64,000 bases of DNA, from positions 72,664,001 to 72,728,000 of the forward strand of contig NC_043002.1 of the NCBI RefSeq assembly GCF_006345805.1, in the 5' to 3' direction. A program made the position numbers and the translations under genes. Source of the DNA: Octopus sinensis. Its lineage: Eukaryota. Numbering within the stretch: the stretch's first letter is position 1; every line of letters starts with the position of its first letter. Shown here one piece after another: positions 23,696 through 35,680 of this stretch. Under the pieces are notes generated by a model, which worked only from the letters and a program-made list of their open reading frames with translations, made no database searches and was not told the DNA's origin.

Positions 23696-24055
23696 TGTAG
23701 AGACGACCGTACGTAAAGGAGAATGGCGACAAATGTCTCTGCAAGTGGTGACCTCTCGTTTTCTAACATGTAGCTTCAAAATATACTCAGCCGACCTTAC
23801 GTCACTCGAACGTCTACAAAATGCTGACCCAGGGCCAGTTTAATTGACCAACCATTCTAATTTCACCTTTTCGCTACAGTTATGTCCATTTTTTTATTAT
23901 TGTCTCTTTGTCTCCTACAAAACGTCTGATAGGGGGCCCTGTAGCGTACCTCGGTGATATCCTCACTGCTTGAGAGATATAATACAAATCACGTCGGGGA
24001 CACTACTTGTAAAGACATTTGTCGCCATTCTCCTTTACGTACGGTTGTCTCTACA
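23696..24055. mobile_element. 360-bp inverted-repeat element with TG..CA ends, 4-bp TSD and PBS-like sequence inside each arm
   Basis: 48-bp arms 23696-23743 and 24008-24055 (45/48 identical in inverted orientation); TSD CATC (23692-23695, 24056-24059); AGTGGTGACC after the left arm and an 18/20 tRNA-Trp PBS match (23986-24005, minus strand) after the right arm. Confidence 0.85.
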
Positions 24056-24429
24056 CATCTATTGTAAGTTGAGCACTTGATTTTACCAAAACGCTGCACT
24101 GTAATGTAAACCTACGTTGTTACGACATACTGAAGCATTCTTCAAAGTTGCGTTGATTTGTTTTTAATATTCATATACATACACACGAATACAAACACAT
24201 ACATAAACACACACGCACTCACACATACACACACATAATGGAAAATCTAACATTATAGTCATTTATCGTTAGCAACATTATCGTTGATGTCTCGCGAATA
24301 TTTGTCTCCTGTGAGCACTAGAGATACCCTTTTACATCATAATATTTCTTATTCAGAAGTATTAGCCTCCTACAAGTGCTGTGTACATTTTACGCACTTA
24401 CGCTGTCGCCTACGTTCGTTTGTTAATTG

Positions 24430-24548
24430 ATACACACACACACACACACACACATATACATACATATGTATATGTATATATAAATATATATATATATAAA
24501 TATATATATGTGTGTGTGTGTGTGTGTGTATATGTATATATAAATATG

Positions 24549-24592
<44 letters not shown>

Positions 24593-24647
24593 TACATTAT
24601 ACATATATATATGCATATATATATATATACACACACATATATACATT

Positions 24648-24687
<40 letters not shown>

Positions 24688-25160
24688 TACATTTATACAT
24701 ATATACATATACATACATTTATATATATATACACACATATACATTTATACATATATACATATACATACATTTATACATATACATACATTTATACACACAT
24801 ATATACATTTATACATATATATATATATGCATATATATATATATATATATACATATATACAAGGACTGCCACTCTAGAATTGGACTGTTCAGTCACAGCA
24901 GACACTGCACATCATCAAAGTAGGCCCCACCCTTGGCGCAACCCATTGTCTATCAAGACAGACGGGGATAAAGAATACATTTATACATATATATATGCAT
25001 ATATATACATATATACATATGTATATATATGCATATATATACATATGTATATATATACACACATATATATATGCATATATATATACATATATACATATGT
25101 ATATATATACACACATATATATATGTATATATATATATATCAATTATATATATATATAAT
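24430..25160. repeat. (CA)/(TA)/(TACA) microsatellite complex, interrupted at about 24860-24985
   Basis: Directly visible. Confidence 0.95.
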
Positions 25161-26280
25161 TTATGGTACCAGTGCCGGTGGCACACACTTTGTGGTACCA
25201 GTGCCGGTGGCACACATGAGAACCATCCGAACGTGGCCGTAGCCAGTTCCGCATCGACCGGCCTCCGTGCTGTGGGCACGTAACAAACACCATCCGATCA
25301 TGGCCGTTCGCCAGCCTCATCTGGCACCTGTGTCGGTGGCACATAAAAACACCTTCCGAAGACCCGGCAAGACTAGTCAGTCCACCTGTGCATACCTTCC
25401 TTCTTGTGAAGACCGGTTGAGGCAAGTGAAAATCAAATCAAATCAAATCAAATCAAAATAGACAAAATAGATGAACATCAATGGAATTTGTATCTTGTGG
25501 TACCAGTGCCTGTGGCACACAAGAAATCCATCAGTGCCGTAGTCAGTGCGGTGGGCACATGACAAACACCATCCGATCGTGGCCGTTCGCCAGCCTCATC
25601 TAGCACCTGTGTCGGTGGCACATAAAAACACCATCCGAACACCCGGCAAGACTAGTCAGGCCATAACGCATGGCCCCTACCTGGGACGTAGTCAGTCCAC
25701 CTGTGCATACCTTCCTTCTTGTGACACTTGTGAAGACCTGTTGAGGCAAGTGAAAATCAAATCAAAACAAATCAAAATAGATGAACATCAATGGAATTTG
25801 TATCTTTGTGGCACGTGGCACATAAGAAAACCATCCGAACGTGGCCGTAGCCAGTACCGCATCGACTGGCCTCCGTGCTGTGGGCACGTAACAAGCACCA
25901 TCCGATCGTGGCCGTTTGCCAGCCTCATAAAAACACCATCCGAGCGTGGCCGTCTGCCAGCCTCGTCTGGCACCTGTGTCGGTGGCACATAAAAAACCAT
26001 CCGAGCGTGGCCGTCTGCCAGCCTCATCTGGCACCTGTGTCGGTGGCACATAAAAACACCATCCGAGCGCGGCCGTTTGCCAGCCTCGTCTGGCACCTGT
26101 GTCGGTGGCACATAAAATCACCCACTACACTCTCGGAGTGGTTGGCGTTAGGAAGGGCATCCAGCTGTAGAAACACTGCCAGATCTGACTGGACTGGTGC
26201 AGCTTTCGGGCTCCCCAGACCCCAGTTGAACCGTCCAACCCATGCTAGCATGGAAAGCGGACGTTAATTGATGATGATGA
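25160..26280 (+). mobile_element. RTE LINE 3' UTR with internal tandem 55-60 bp units and internal duplication
   Basis: Contains gaagacccggcaagactag (matches the ORF end of 36525-38052), repeated ccatccga..gccagcctc..ggcacctgtgtcggtggcacataaaa units, and the tail catgctagcatggaaagcggacgttaa(tga)n. Confidence 0.85.
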
Positions 26281-27339
26281 TATATATATATCAATTATAT
26301 ATATATATCAATTATATAATTTATATATACATATTAATTATTATATATATATATATAATTTATATATATATCAATTATATATATATAATTTATATATACA
26401 TATTAATTATTATATATATATAATTTATATATATATATATATTATTATTATTATTATATATATATACATACAATAATGCATCTATATACATACACACATA
26501 TATATATATCATCATCATCATTTAACGTCCGCTTTCCATGCTAGTATTTATGTATATGCATATATATATATATATATATATATATAAAGGTATGTATGCA
26601 TATAAATGTGTATGTGTGTGTGTGTTGTATAGATCTGAAAGACAGTTTTTCGTCATGCTCAATCTTAGATTATCTCATACGTAATGAATGGCAAATTGCC
26701 ACAAGTTTTTATAACTGGATAGTAAACGTTTAATGATCAATGGGATTTACTGTAAGTAAACATTAAACACCCTTTTGATTAGATGCTTACTTTATGATGC
26801 AATTTTCACGAGAATTTTGCAATATCCTTTTACATATTCATTTATTACCATTACACATAATACTCAAAATTGCTTAGCATCAGCAATATAAAATAATATG
26901 TATGTTGGACCTGAGGGAGCAGGCCACTTTTTCTAACAGTCATGTTCTCCTGTCAAGGATGTGGGTGTATGGTTTAGAAGCTTGATTCACAACCATGCAA
27001 GGTAAATGCCTTCTGCTATAGACTCGATTACCAGTCACTTTGTGAGAGGAAATTTAATGACTGGCAATTTTGAAGAAGCCCATAATATCTATAACTAATA
27101 AGCCTTTACTGAATTTTGTAGTTCAAATCTATGAAAGAAATGTGTCTTTCTTCTATTAGGAGTGTAGTGTGTGATTTGAAGGAGATTTGGCTGATAATTC
27201 TAGCCAGGATAAGCTGCATCTGATGAAGTAGGTTTCTTTCAGCCAACAAGTATTGCATTTCTTGGTTGTTTTCATCAAATCAGCCCTTATTCTTTTTTCA
27301 ATTTTTTTTTTTTTTTTTTTTTTAGGGAGACATTAGGAC

Positions 27340-27950
27340 TTTTACAGAGGATTGCAGATTGAATATTTTAGGTATTCCCACAACACTTATCGAAAGGGAT
27401 CCCTTTGGAAGCTGGAATCCTCAAGTGCCATCTGAACATCCTACTGGACAATGGCTTTCACTTTGTCAGACTGTATATTGGCAGCTTGAAACATTTCTAG
27501 AATTCCTCCTCTTTTTGGCTTCAGTTTGGAATGGAGATTGAGTTTACAGCAGACTTGACTAATAGTTCATATGAAACTCTGTACAGAGTATTACTTGGAT
27601 GGGTTTCTATCACACCAAAATGTAGTTTCTGGGGTGATAATACTTAGAATGCATCTGGGGTGATAATACTTAGACTGAGAATGCCTTCAGACTATCTTTC
27701 TGCTGGATGTTGGTGTTGGTGAATTGCTGCTACAGAAAAAACATGAGCAAAACTCACCTCATACCATTGCAGTTTCCAATGCCGTGTTTTCCAAGGACTC
27801 CTTTCCAGGCTTCTTAATTCTTACCTGCTCTGTCATTGAAATCACCAAGGATGATCTTGTCAACTTCAGAGGTACTCCACATGAGGAGATGCAATGAGTG
27901 TATAAGTTGTCTTCTATGCTGCAGGATCTACTTGAATAATGGAGGTATAA
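27340..27950 (-). mobile_element. RTE (BovB-like) AP-endonuclease fragment, decayed
   Basis: Minus-strand translation DKIILGDFNDRAG..WKGVLGKHGIGNCN. Confidence 0.7.
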
Positions 27951-28279
27951 TCACTGAAGAGTGTGGTATACCGCTTGGCTTGAATGGAAAACGGATGTTA
28001 AAAAGACGACGACAACGATGATGGCGATAATGATGATGGTGATAGCGATGATGGTGATGATGATGATGCAGTCGGAGTTATCCATTATACAAGTTTCCAA
28101 GCTTAGAAGCAATGGAATTCCTATTCATAATAGCAGCTTCGAACGTGCATCTTTTAATCTCTGCCTTTCTGTCAAACTCAAGTGGATGAAAATATAAAGT
28201 TGAGGCCATTGTTCGAGATATTTGGAAGCTCAGACGATGGAAATAAACACAACTTAGTCACTACTTGAGTTCTGTCCCT

Positions 28280-28725
28280 AAATATTCTTTACTACTCGAG
28301 GCACAAAGCCCGAAATTTTGGGGGAGGGGGCTAGTTCAATAGATCGACCCTAGTATGCAACTGGTACTTAATTTATCAACCCTGAAAGGGTGAAAGGCAA
28401 AGTCGACTTCAGCAGAATATGAACTCAGAACATAAAGATGGACAAAATACTGCTAAGCATATCACCTGGCGTGCTAATGTTTCTGCCAGCTCGCCACCTT
28501 AAAATATTTTTTTCTACTCTAGGCACACAGCTCAAAATTTTTGGGAAGGGGGCAAGTTGATTATATCAACCCCAGTACACAACTGGTACTTAATTTATCG
28601 ACCCTGAAAGGATGAAAGGCAAAGTCGACCTCAGCAGAATTTGAACTCAGAATGTAAAGACAGATGGAATACCACTGAGCATTTCGCTCGGCATGCTAAA
28701 GTTTCTGCCAGCTCACCACCATTCT
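28280..28725 (-). mobile_element. Two tandem SINE family B copies
   Basis: ggtacttaatttatc..gaaaggcaaagtcgac..gaactcagaa occurs twice. Confidence 0.88.
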
Positions 28726-28879
28726 ACCCCTAAATATTAATTATACCATTTGCTTTAGAATATATTCATTTTGCTAATTTAATCCAACAGGTAGCAGGTT
28801 GGAGTACTTTAAAAAAGTTGGATAACTATGTTAATTTTATTACCTTAGTCCTACGAGTAATAGGTAAGAAGAAATTTAA

Positions 28880-29367
28880 CCCTTTTGACACAAAACCACC
28901 TGAGATCACTCTTGGTTCTATGACACAAAACAACCTGTTTAAAGTAATCTAAATTAAAACCTTTCATAAAAATTTCATTTTGATTTATACTTCAAACACC
29001 ATTTTGATAATTGTGGGGTGACGTCAGCAGCTGGGGAGCTGACCAGAACAGAAAAGGGCATGAGTGACGTGCATGCAAGGGAAGCATTGGGCCTTTTTCA
29101 ATCGGGGTAGCCGACAAAGCTGGACATGTGAGCGCTTTGTCAAGGTAGGGGAAAAGCAGCTGCTATTTTTAACGTTCAGGTCGGGCCACATGGAAGGGTG
29201 CGTTACCACTGGAGAGGTCTGCATCGACGAAGAGAAGGTAGGTGTCCTTATTTCAAATCTCCTGCATACACCACAATAATGACAGTTATTTTATTAAATT
29301 CTTTATTATTTTCAAAATTATGTGAAATGAAGCAGTGAATACCAAAATAAAAATGGTATCAAAAGGA
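28880..29367. mobile_element. piggyBac-like MITE, interrupted by a solo LTR
   Basis: TTAA|CCCTTTTGACAC ... GGTATCAAAAGGA|TTAA; interior related to 42268-42489. Confidence 0.7.
29012..29275. mobile_element. Solo LTR, 264 bp
   Basis: TGTGGGGTG...CACCACA ends, 5-bp TSD ATAAT (29007-29011, 29276-29280), GC-rich relative to the host MITE. Confidence 0.8.
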
Positions 29368-29464
29368 TTAAAGAAGATGGAAGATTAAGTTAATTTCATT
29401 GACTTGGTCAAACAAGTAACAGTTATGAAGTGATTTAAAGAAGGTGGAAGGTTTAGTGTTTAGT

Positions 29465-29845
29465 TCATTCTCTCTTTATTCTTTTACTTGTCTCAGTCAT
29501 TTGACTGTGGCCATGCTGGAGCACCGCCTCTTAGTCGAGCAAATTGTAAACCTAGTACTTATTCTATCGATCTCTTTTGCCAAACCGCTAAGTTACGGGG
29601 ACGTAAACACACCAACATCGGTTCTCAAGCGATGTTGTGGGGGACAAACCCAGACACACAAACATGCACACACACATATATACATATACAAATATACGAT
29701 GGGCTTCTTTCAGTTTCTGTCTACCAAATCCACTCACAAGGCTTTGGTCGGCCTGAGGCTATAGTAGAAGACACTTGCCCAAGGAGTCACGCAGTGGGAC
29801 TGAACCCAGAACCATGTGGTTGGTAAGCAAGCTACTTATCACACA
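29465..29845 (-). mobile_element. SINE family A
   Basis: Family consensus blocks on the minus strand. Confidence 0.9.
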
Positions 29846-30689
29846 ACTGCTCCTATGCCTATGTGGTATTATCATGGAATTCTATTGACTAAATCTTACA
29901 CCTTCTTTAAAGTGCTTCTTACCTGCTACTTATATGTTATCAACCTATTTAATACCCCTTTATAACTTCCTTAAAATGTTTACTATTTATCTATGATTCC
30001 TACATCTCTACTTGTTTCAACTATTTTTTACTGACCACACATGTTCTTAACCAACCTAGTTTATTACCCCACATACCTACTTTACACTTTACACATATCC
30101 CTTAACATTTACTATCTTGCATGAACTTTTTACCTTTGCCTCCTATCTTACAATCAATTATCAATGACCTTTAGTTAGATTAGACCACTCTTCCTTCTTT
30201 TGGCAGTTTCCAAACTAGCTTACAAATCCTACATTAGCCTAAACTAATAATTTGATGGTTTCTTTGGTTCCACCTCATATTTTGATAAAATTTACATTTT
30301 GCCTTTATTCAAATATGAAATGCTAGTACAATTTACAAATGACCTTTTATGTAGGCTCACAGCATATATATTTTCTCTTTACTTAATTCCTATAATTCAT
30401 TATTCATGCAACCTACACTTAGATCACTATCCTGTTTTTTAACTTTCATCTAGTTTGACAATTTTAAACAGTTTCTGTTACTTTTGATTTAACTATTACT
30501 TTATTTTGCATGGATCCATAACTGTTGACGAGGTGACAAACTAGCAGATTTGTGAGCACATCAGACAAAAACGTCCCAATTTTAAACCTATGCAGAGACT
30601 TGAGACACGTTAAATCAAATTTTCAATTCTACCAGACCTTTATCAGAACCAAATTGATTTCAATGATATAATAATCTTACATATCTAAC

Positions 30690-31070
30690 ATTACCAACCA
30701 CATGGTTCCAGGTTCAGTCCCATTGTGTGGCATCTTGGGCAAGTGTCTTCTACTATAGCCTTGGGCCAACCAAAGCCTTGTAAGTGGATTTGGTAGACAA
30801 AAACTAAAAGAAGCCTGTCGTATATATGTGTATATATATGTGTTTATGTTTGTGTGTCTGTGTTTGTCCCCCCAACATCGCTTGATAACTGATGCTGGTG
30901 TGTTTACGTCCTTGTAACTTAGCTGTTCGGCAAAAGAGACTGATAAAATAAGTACTAGGCTTACGAAGAATAAGTCCCAGGTTCGATTTGCTCGACTAAA
31001 GGTAGTGCTCCAGCATGGCCACAGACAAATAAATGAAATAAGTAAAAATAAGTAAAAGGGAGTAACATTA
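30690..31070 (+). mobile_element. SINE family A
   Basis: ccacatggttccaggttcagtccca..gtgctccagcatggcc tail. Confidence 0.9.
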
Positions 31071-31924
31071 ACTAAATTCATAACAATACATAACACATAC
31101 CCTCATACAATTTATCTTTTCCCACAAAATCTCATTTTTATTTATGTATCCTTATATCACACCATTTTTCTTATTCAATATTCTTTTATAATAATCCTAT
31201 ATTCCATGATAATACCACATTAACAGATTTTTTTTCTCCTTCAGATAGCCACAACCAAGAGTCATTTCACCATGCCAACCAGGTATCTCTGTCTTCAAAT
31301 ATATTTGGTATGTCTTCAATTTCATGTTGTATATCTCAATCAACAACAATGTTAGTTGAGTGCTCTTCATCCTATTAGAGCAGTGTTTCTCAACCGGAGT
31401 TCCACAAAAGGTTCCTAGGGGTTCCGCGAGAAAGAGCGAGATAAGCTAATGCTAATTTCATGATCGTAATATTACTATACATGCACAGCATATTATTGGT
31501 TATTGTAGTATTGTAATATGGACATCATCCTATCTAACTTATTATTCTATCAAAAAAATATATATATAACAACCATATATATATATATATATATCATCGT
31601 TTAGCATCCACTTTCCATGCTAGCATGGGTTGGACGGTTCAACTGGGGTCTGGGAAGCCATCAGGCTGCACCAGGCCCAGTCTGATCTGGCAATGCTTCT
31701 ACGGCTATATGCCCTTCCTAATATATATATATATATATACTAAGCAATAAAGGGTTTAGCAACGAATTGCCTTACCACATACCGAATTTAGAAATAGCAG
31801 TCAAAGAGTTATAGCTATTTCTTCTACTAAAAAGGGAGATCTCAGTAAAAACAGCAATTGGAAGGCAGACACAAACAGGTAAGAGAGAATGAATTGACGG
31901 CAATCTATCATACAATTTTAAGTA

Positions 31925-32026
31925 TCTACGGACGTACGTTTCGAAATCAAGTCTTTAGGAAAGCATAAGAATTAAATATTAAATAATTCTATCTTACCAA
32001 AAACTTCTTTTTCTCTTCAGCGTAGA
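31925..32026 (-). ncRNA. Type-I hammerhead ribozyme with extended stem II, intact core (HHR3)
   Basis: Minus strand TCTACG-CTGAAGA-GAAA..(67 nt, self-complementary)..TTTC-GAAAC-gtac-GTC-CGTAGA: 6-bp stem I, palindromic ACGTACGT stem III, GUC triplet. Confidence 0.85.
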
Positions 32027-32514
32027 ATACTACAATCATAAATGATTATATATGGATTTTGAGATACTAGAAGGCACCAACTCAACTCAGTATCAGAGCG
32101 AGCTAGAATCCGCAACTAGTATCACCAAATCCAATGCGTGAATGAAAAGATTGTGTCACCAGCCCCTTCCCACCCGCGTGTAGCCAAAACAAGATGCTGT
32201 GGTCATCTACTGAGATAAAATATGGTTATCCGTAATAATGAAGGGTGAAATAATTAATTTGGAATAATTATCAATTACACCAAGTAGTCTTCGGCATGTA
32301 AAAGCCTCATTCGAGGAAAATTTAAGTAATACTAAGCAATAAAGGGTTTAGCAACGAATTGCCTTACCACATACCGAATTTAGAAATAGCAGTCAAAGAG
32401 TTATAGCTATTTCTTCTATAAAAGGGAGATCTCAGTAAAAACAGCAATTGGAAGGCAGACACAAACAGGTAAGAGAGAATGATTGACGGCAATCTATCAT
32501 ACAATTTTAAGTTA

Positions 32515-32612
32515 TCTACGGACGTACGTTTCGAAATAAGTCTTTAGGAAAGCATAAGAATAAATATTAAATAATTCTATCTTACCAAAAACTTCTTTTC
32601 TTTCAGCGTAGA
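32515..32612 (-). ncRNA. Second copy of the hammerhead (HHR4), core reads CTGAAAG
   Basis: Same stems as HHR3; a small deletion in the core and stem II junction, one of several 1-nt deletions in this repeat copy (possible assembly errors). Confidence 0.65.
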
Positions 32613-32652
32613 ATACTATAATCATAAATGATTATATATGAATTTTGAGATA

Positions 32653-32737
<85 letters not shown>

Positions 32738-32944
32738 CAATGAGAAAATGGAGGGAATCAATAGGTGGTTCCTCAACTTTTAGACATTATATTATGTTAA
32801 CTTATTTATTTACTAAACTGACAATCACAAGAATATATATACATGTATAACATATTATGCTTTACATATAAGATATAAAATATATTGATATATAAAGATA
32901 CCAGTAATTATTACAATATAACATACATGATTATAAATTGGGAA

Positions 32945-33072
32945 AATAACTTACAGCTGTTTCAGCCAAGAGGCAAAAATACCTCATTCTACCTTTATTA
33001 CTCAAGTAGACTGAAGTAATAAGTAAATGAAATTGAGGGAGTTGGGTGTTTCTCTAGGCTTCATCAGAGATT
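32945..33072 (-). ncRNA. Type-I hammerhead with ~93-nt stem II insert (HHR5)
   Basis: CT-CTGATGA-AGCC..GGCT-GAAAC-agct-GTA-AG; core intact, palindromic ACAGCTGT, stem I weak (2 bp, two mismatches, then 3 bp). Confidence 0.6.
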
Positions 33073-33139
33073 ATAAAGTACATAATGTTAAGTTATAAAT
33101 AAATTTTAAATAAATAAAAACACACACACATTTTTGCAA

Positions 33140-33869
33140 AATCAAATAACATCATAGATAGAAATCTGCTGACCAACTAACCTTTATATCTAAAATACAA
33201 AATAAACAAATTTCTATGTTAACAACACCTTGACCTGAAGTCAACGCCTTAATAAACACACCTAAATGCTGAATTTTTACATGCTTCACTGTTAACCTCC
33301 ACCTTCCCAAAACAAACAAATTAAATCTCCTAAATAACACCAACAATTAAGAAATCTGCTGACCGACTAACATTTCTACCTACTTATATCCCTTCCTGAA
33401 TCTTTAAAAGCACCATGACCTAAGAGTTGGCACACCTAAATAAACACACCTAATTACAAATGTCTAATTAATTGACTGAACTTTGAACTTTCACCTTCAC
33501 ACTCCCAAAAGAAAAGGTTAAATTTCCCATTAGCAGAGAAATAAAACCAACAACAATTTAATCTACTGGTGCATCTGCTGTCCAGCTAACCATTTCACCT
33601 ACCTACATTCTTTTGTAGACCCTTGAAAAATAACTCCAAGACTTGAAGCTGACACACTTAAATAGACACATACAATAACAAAGTTCTACATACATGACTG
33701 AATTCTGAAAATAACACAACCCCAAAGTTAATCAATAAAAATCTTCCATAATATCTTTTCATACTAACCTACCCTACAACCTAATTATCATTCAGCAAAG
33801 GTCTACCGACCCAGAAAATTTTAACTTAACAGAGACTGCATAAAACCAAGATGGACTCAAATGTACCAC
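33140..33869 (+). repeat. A/C-rich, G-poor diverged tandem repeats (about 200-bp units), possibly PLE-derived
   Basis: aaatctgctgacc(a/g)actaac and taaacacacctaa recur; one frame reads NLIYWCICC, reminiscent of the GIY strand. Confidence 0.4.
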
Positions 33870-33910
33870 AGTCTGATGATGGCTTAGCAGGCTAAAACTT
33901 TGAAGTCACT
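33870..33910 (+). ncRNA. CpG-decayed minimal hammerhead (HHR6)
   Basis: AGT-CTGATGA-T-GGC/ttagcag/GCT-AAAAC-tttgaa-GTC-ACT; reverting CpG decay gives GCC-GAAAC and the palindrome ACTTCGAAGT. Confidence 0.55.
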
Positions 33911-33969
33911 ATCAATATTAATATTGTTAAAGAATAATATATATATATATATATATATATATCATCATC

Positions 33970-33994
<25 letters not shown>

Positions 33995-34001
<7 letters not shown>

Positions 34002-34280
34002 CATCATTTAACGTCCGTTTTCCATGCTAGCATAGGTTGGACGGTTCGACCGGGGTCTGGTAAGCCGTAGAGGCTGCACCAGGCTCTAGTCTGATTTGGC
34101 AGTGCTTCTACAGCTGGATGCCCTTCTTAACACCAACCACTCCATGAGTGCAGTGGGTGTTTCTTACGTGCCACCGGAACAGGGGCCAGAGCAGCCAGGC
34201 AAATAGCCACGATCGGTTGGTGCTTTTACGTGTCACCGACACGGATGCCAGTCAGGCAGTGCTGGAATCTGCCATGTTTG
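33995..34280 (-). mobile_element. RTE 3' UTR/tail fragment
   Basis: (cat)n-tttaacgtccgttttccatgctagc tail in reverse orientation. Confidence 0.85.
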
Positions 34281-34498
34281 GACAGTGCTTATGCTTCAGT
34301 CTTTTGACTGTGGCCATGCTGGAGCACTGTCTTAAAGGGTTTTAGTCAAAGGAATCGACCCCAGGACTTGCAATGGTGGGGGAGGATCCCTCTGATGAGA
34401 ACCCAATAAGGTTCAAAAATCAATAAAGGTTGTTCATTTTTCCAGTCTGCAGAGAAATGGCTAAAATTTGCCCGGTTTATAATTATACCATATGCTAC

Positions 34499-35020
<522 letters not shown>

Positions 35021-35074
35021 CCATTCAAAAATAATAGTATTTTAAAAATATCAAACAATATAAACTAAATTATG

Positions 35075-35680
35075 GCTGGGTGATAACAGTTTACTCAAAG
35101 TAGCTGCCATCAGCCTCCCCCTTGGCCTCAAGATAGCTCCAGAACCTGATGCATATGTTCCTCACTGCATCCCTAGGAAGATTTTCGAACACCTCTTTGA
35201 TCTTGGTCACCAGTTTGGCCTTGGTGCTGCAGGCAGAGCAGTTGGTGTCTTTCCCAACTGCAACCCAAACATAGTAAGCCTAGGATTACAATTAGGGGAA
35301 TAAGGAGGCCAGAAATTGGGGCTGGTGAAATTCTTGTAGAAATTCTCAGTCAACCAGTTCTGACCACTAGCGTAGCTAGAGTGTGTGCCACCTGGGGTAG
35401 GCCTTCCAATTACCGTCCCTGGACCCCACAAAAAACACATATTGCCTACCGCAGACCCCAAAATGGAACCCCTTTTAAAGTGCCACCCCGTGCGGGCCAC
35501 ACCAGCCATCACCACTAGCTATGCTAGTGCTTCTGACTCTTTCTGGAGGTATGGCAAGAATCTGCTGCCACACACATGGCTTTCCAGCCAGGGTTTGATC
35601 TCAAGTTTTCATCAGCTTCACATAGCCATATGAATTGAGCTTAAGACCCTGTTCAAAAACTTGGGGATGAATTTAAGTAC
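35075..35680 (-). mobile_element. Tc1/mariner transposase C-terminal remnant
   Basis: WLTENFY..FTSPNFWPPYSPNCNP motif. Confidence 0.8.
35365..35529. mobile_element. hAT-like MITE inserted in the mariner remnant
   Basis: 15-bp TIRs CACTAGCGTAGCTAG / CTAGCTATGCTAGTG; 8-bp TSD gTTCTGAC / cTTCTGAC (7/8 match). Confidence 0.75.

Larger units (their letters stand above)
31738..32654 (-). mobile_element. Non-autonomous PLE/retrozyme-like element: two ~325-bp direct repeats (period about 590 bp), each carrying a hammerhead
   Basis: 31738-32068 is nearly identical to 32330-32654; flanked by (TA)n and (TC)n(TA)n microsatellites. Confidence 0.8.

Noticed and set aside
25860-26110. CRISPR-like look of repeated hairpin units
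   Set aside because: Units are contiguous diverged tandem repeats inside a LINE 3' UTR; no unique spacers and no cas genes; eukaryotic context.
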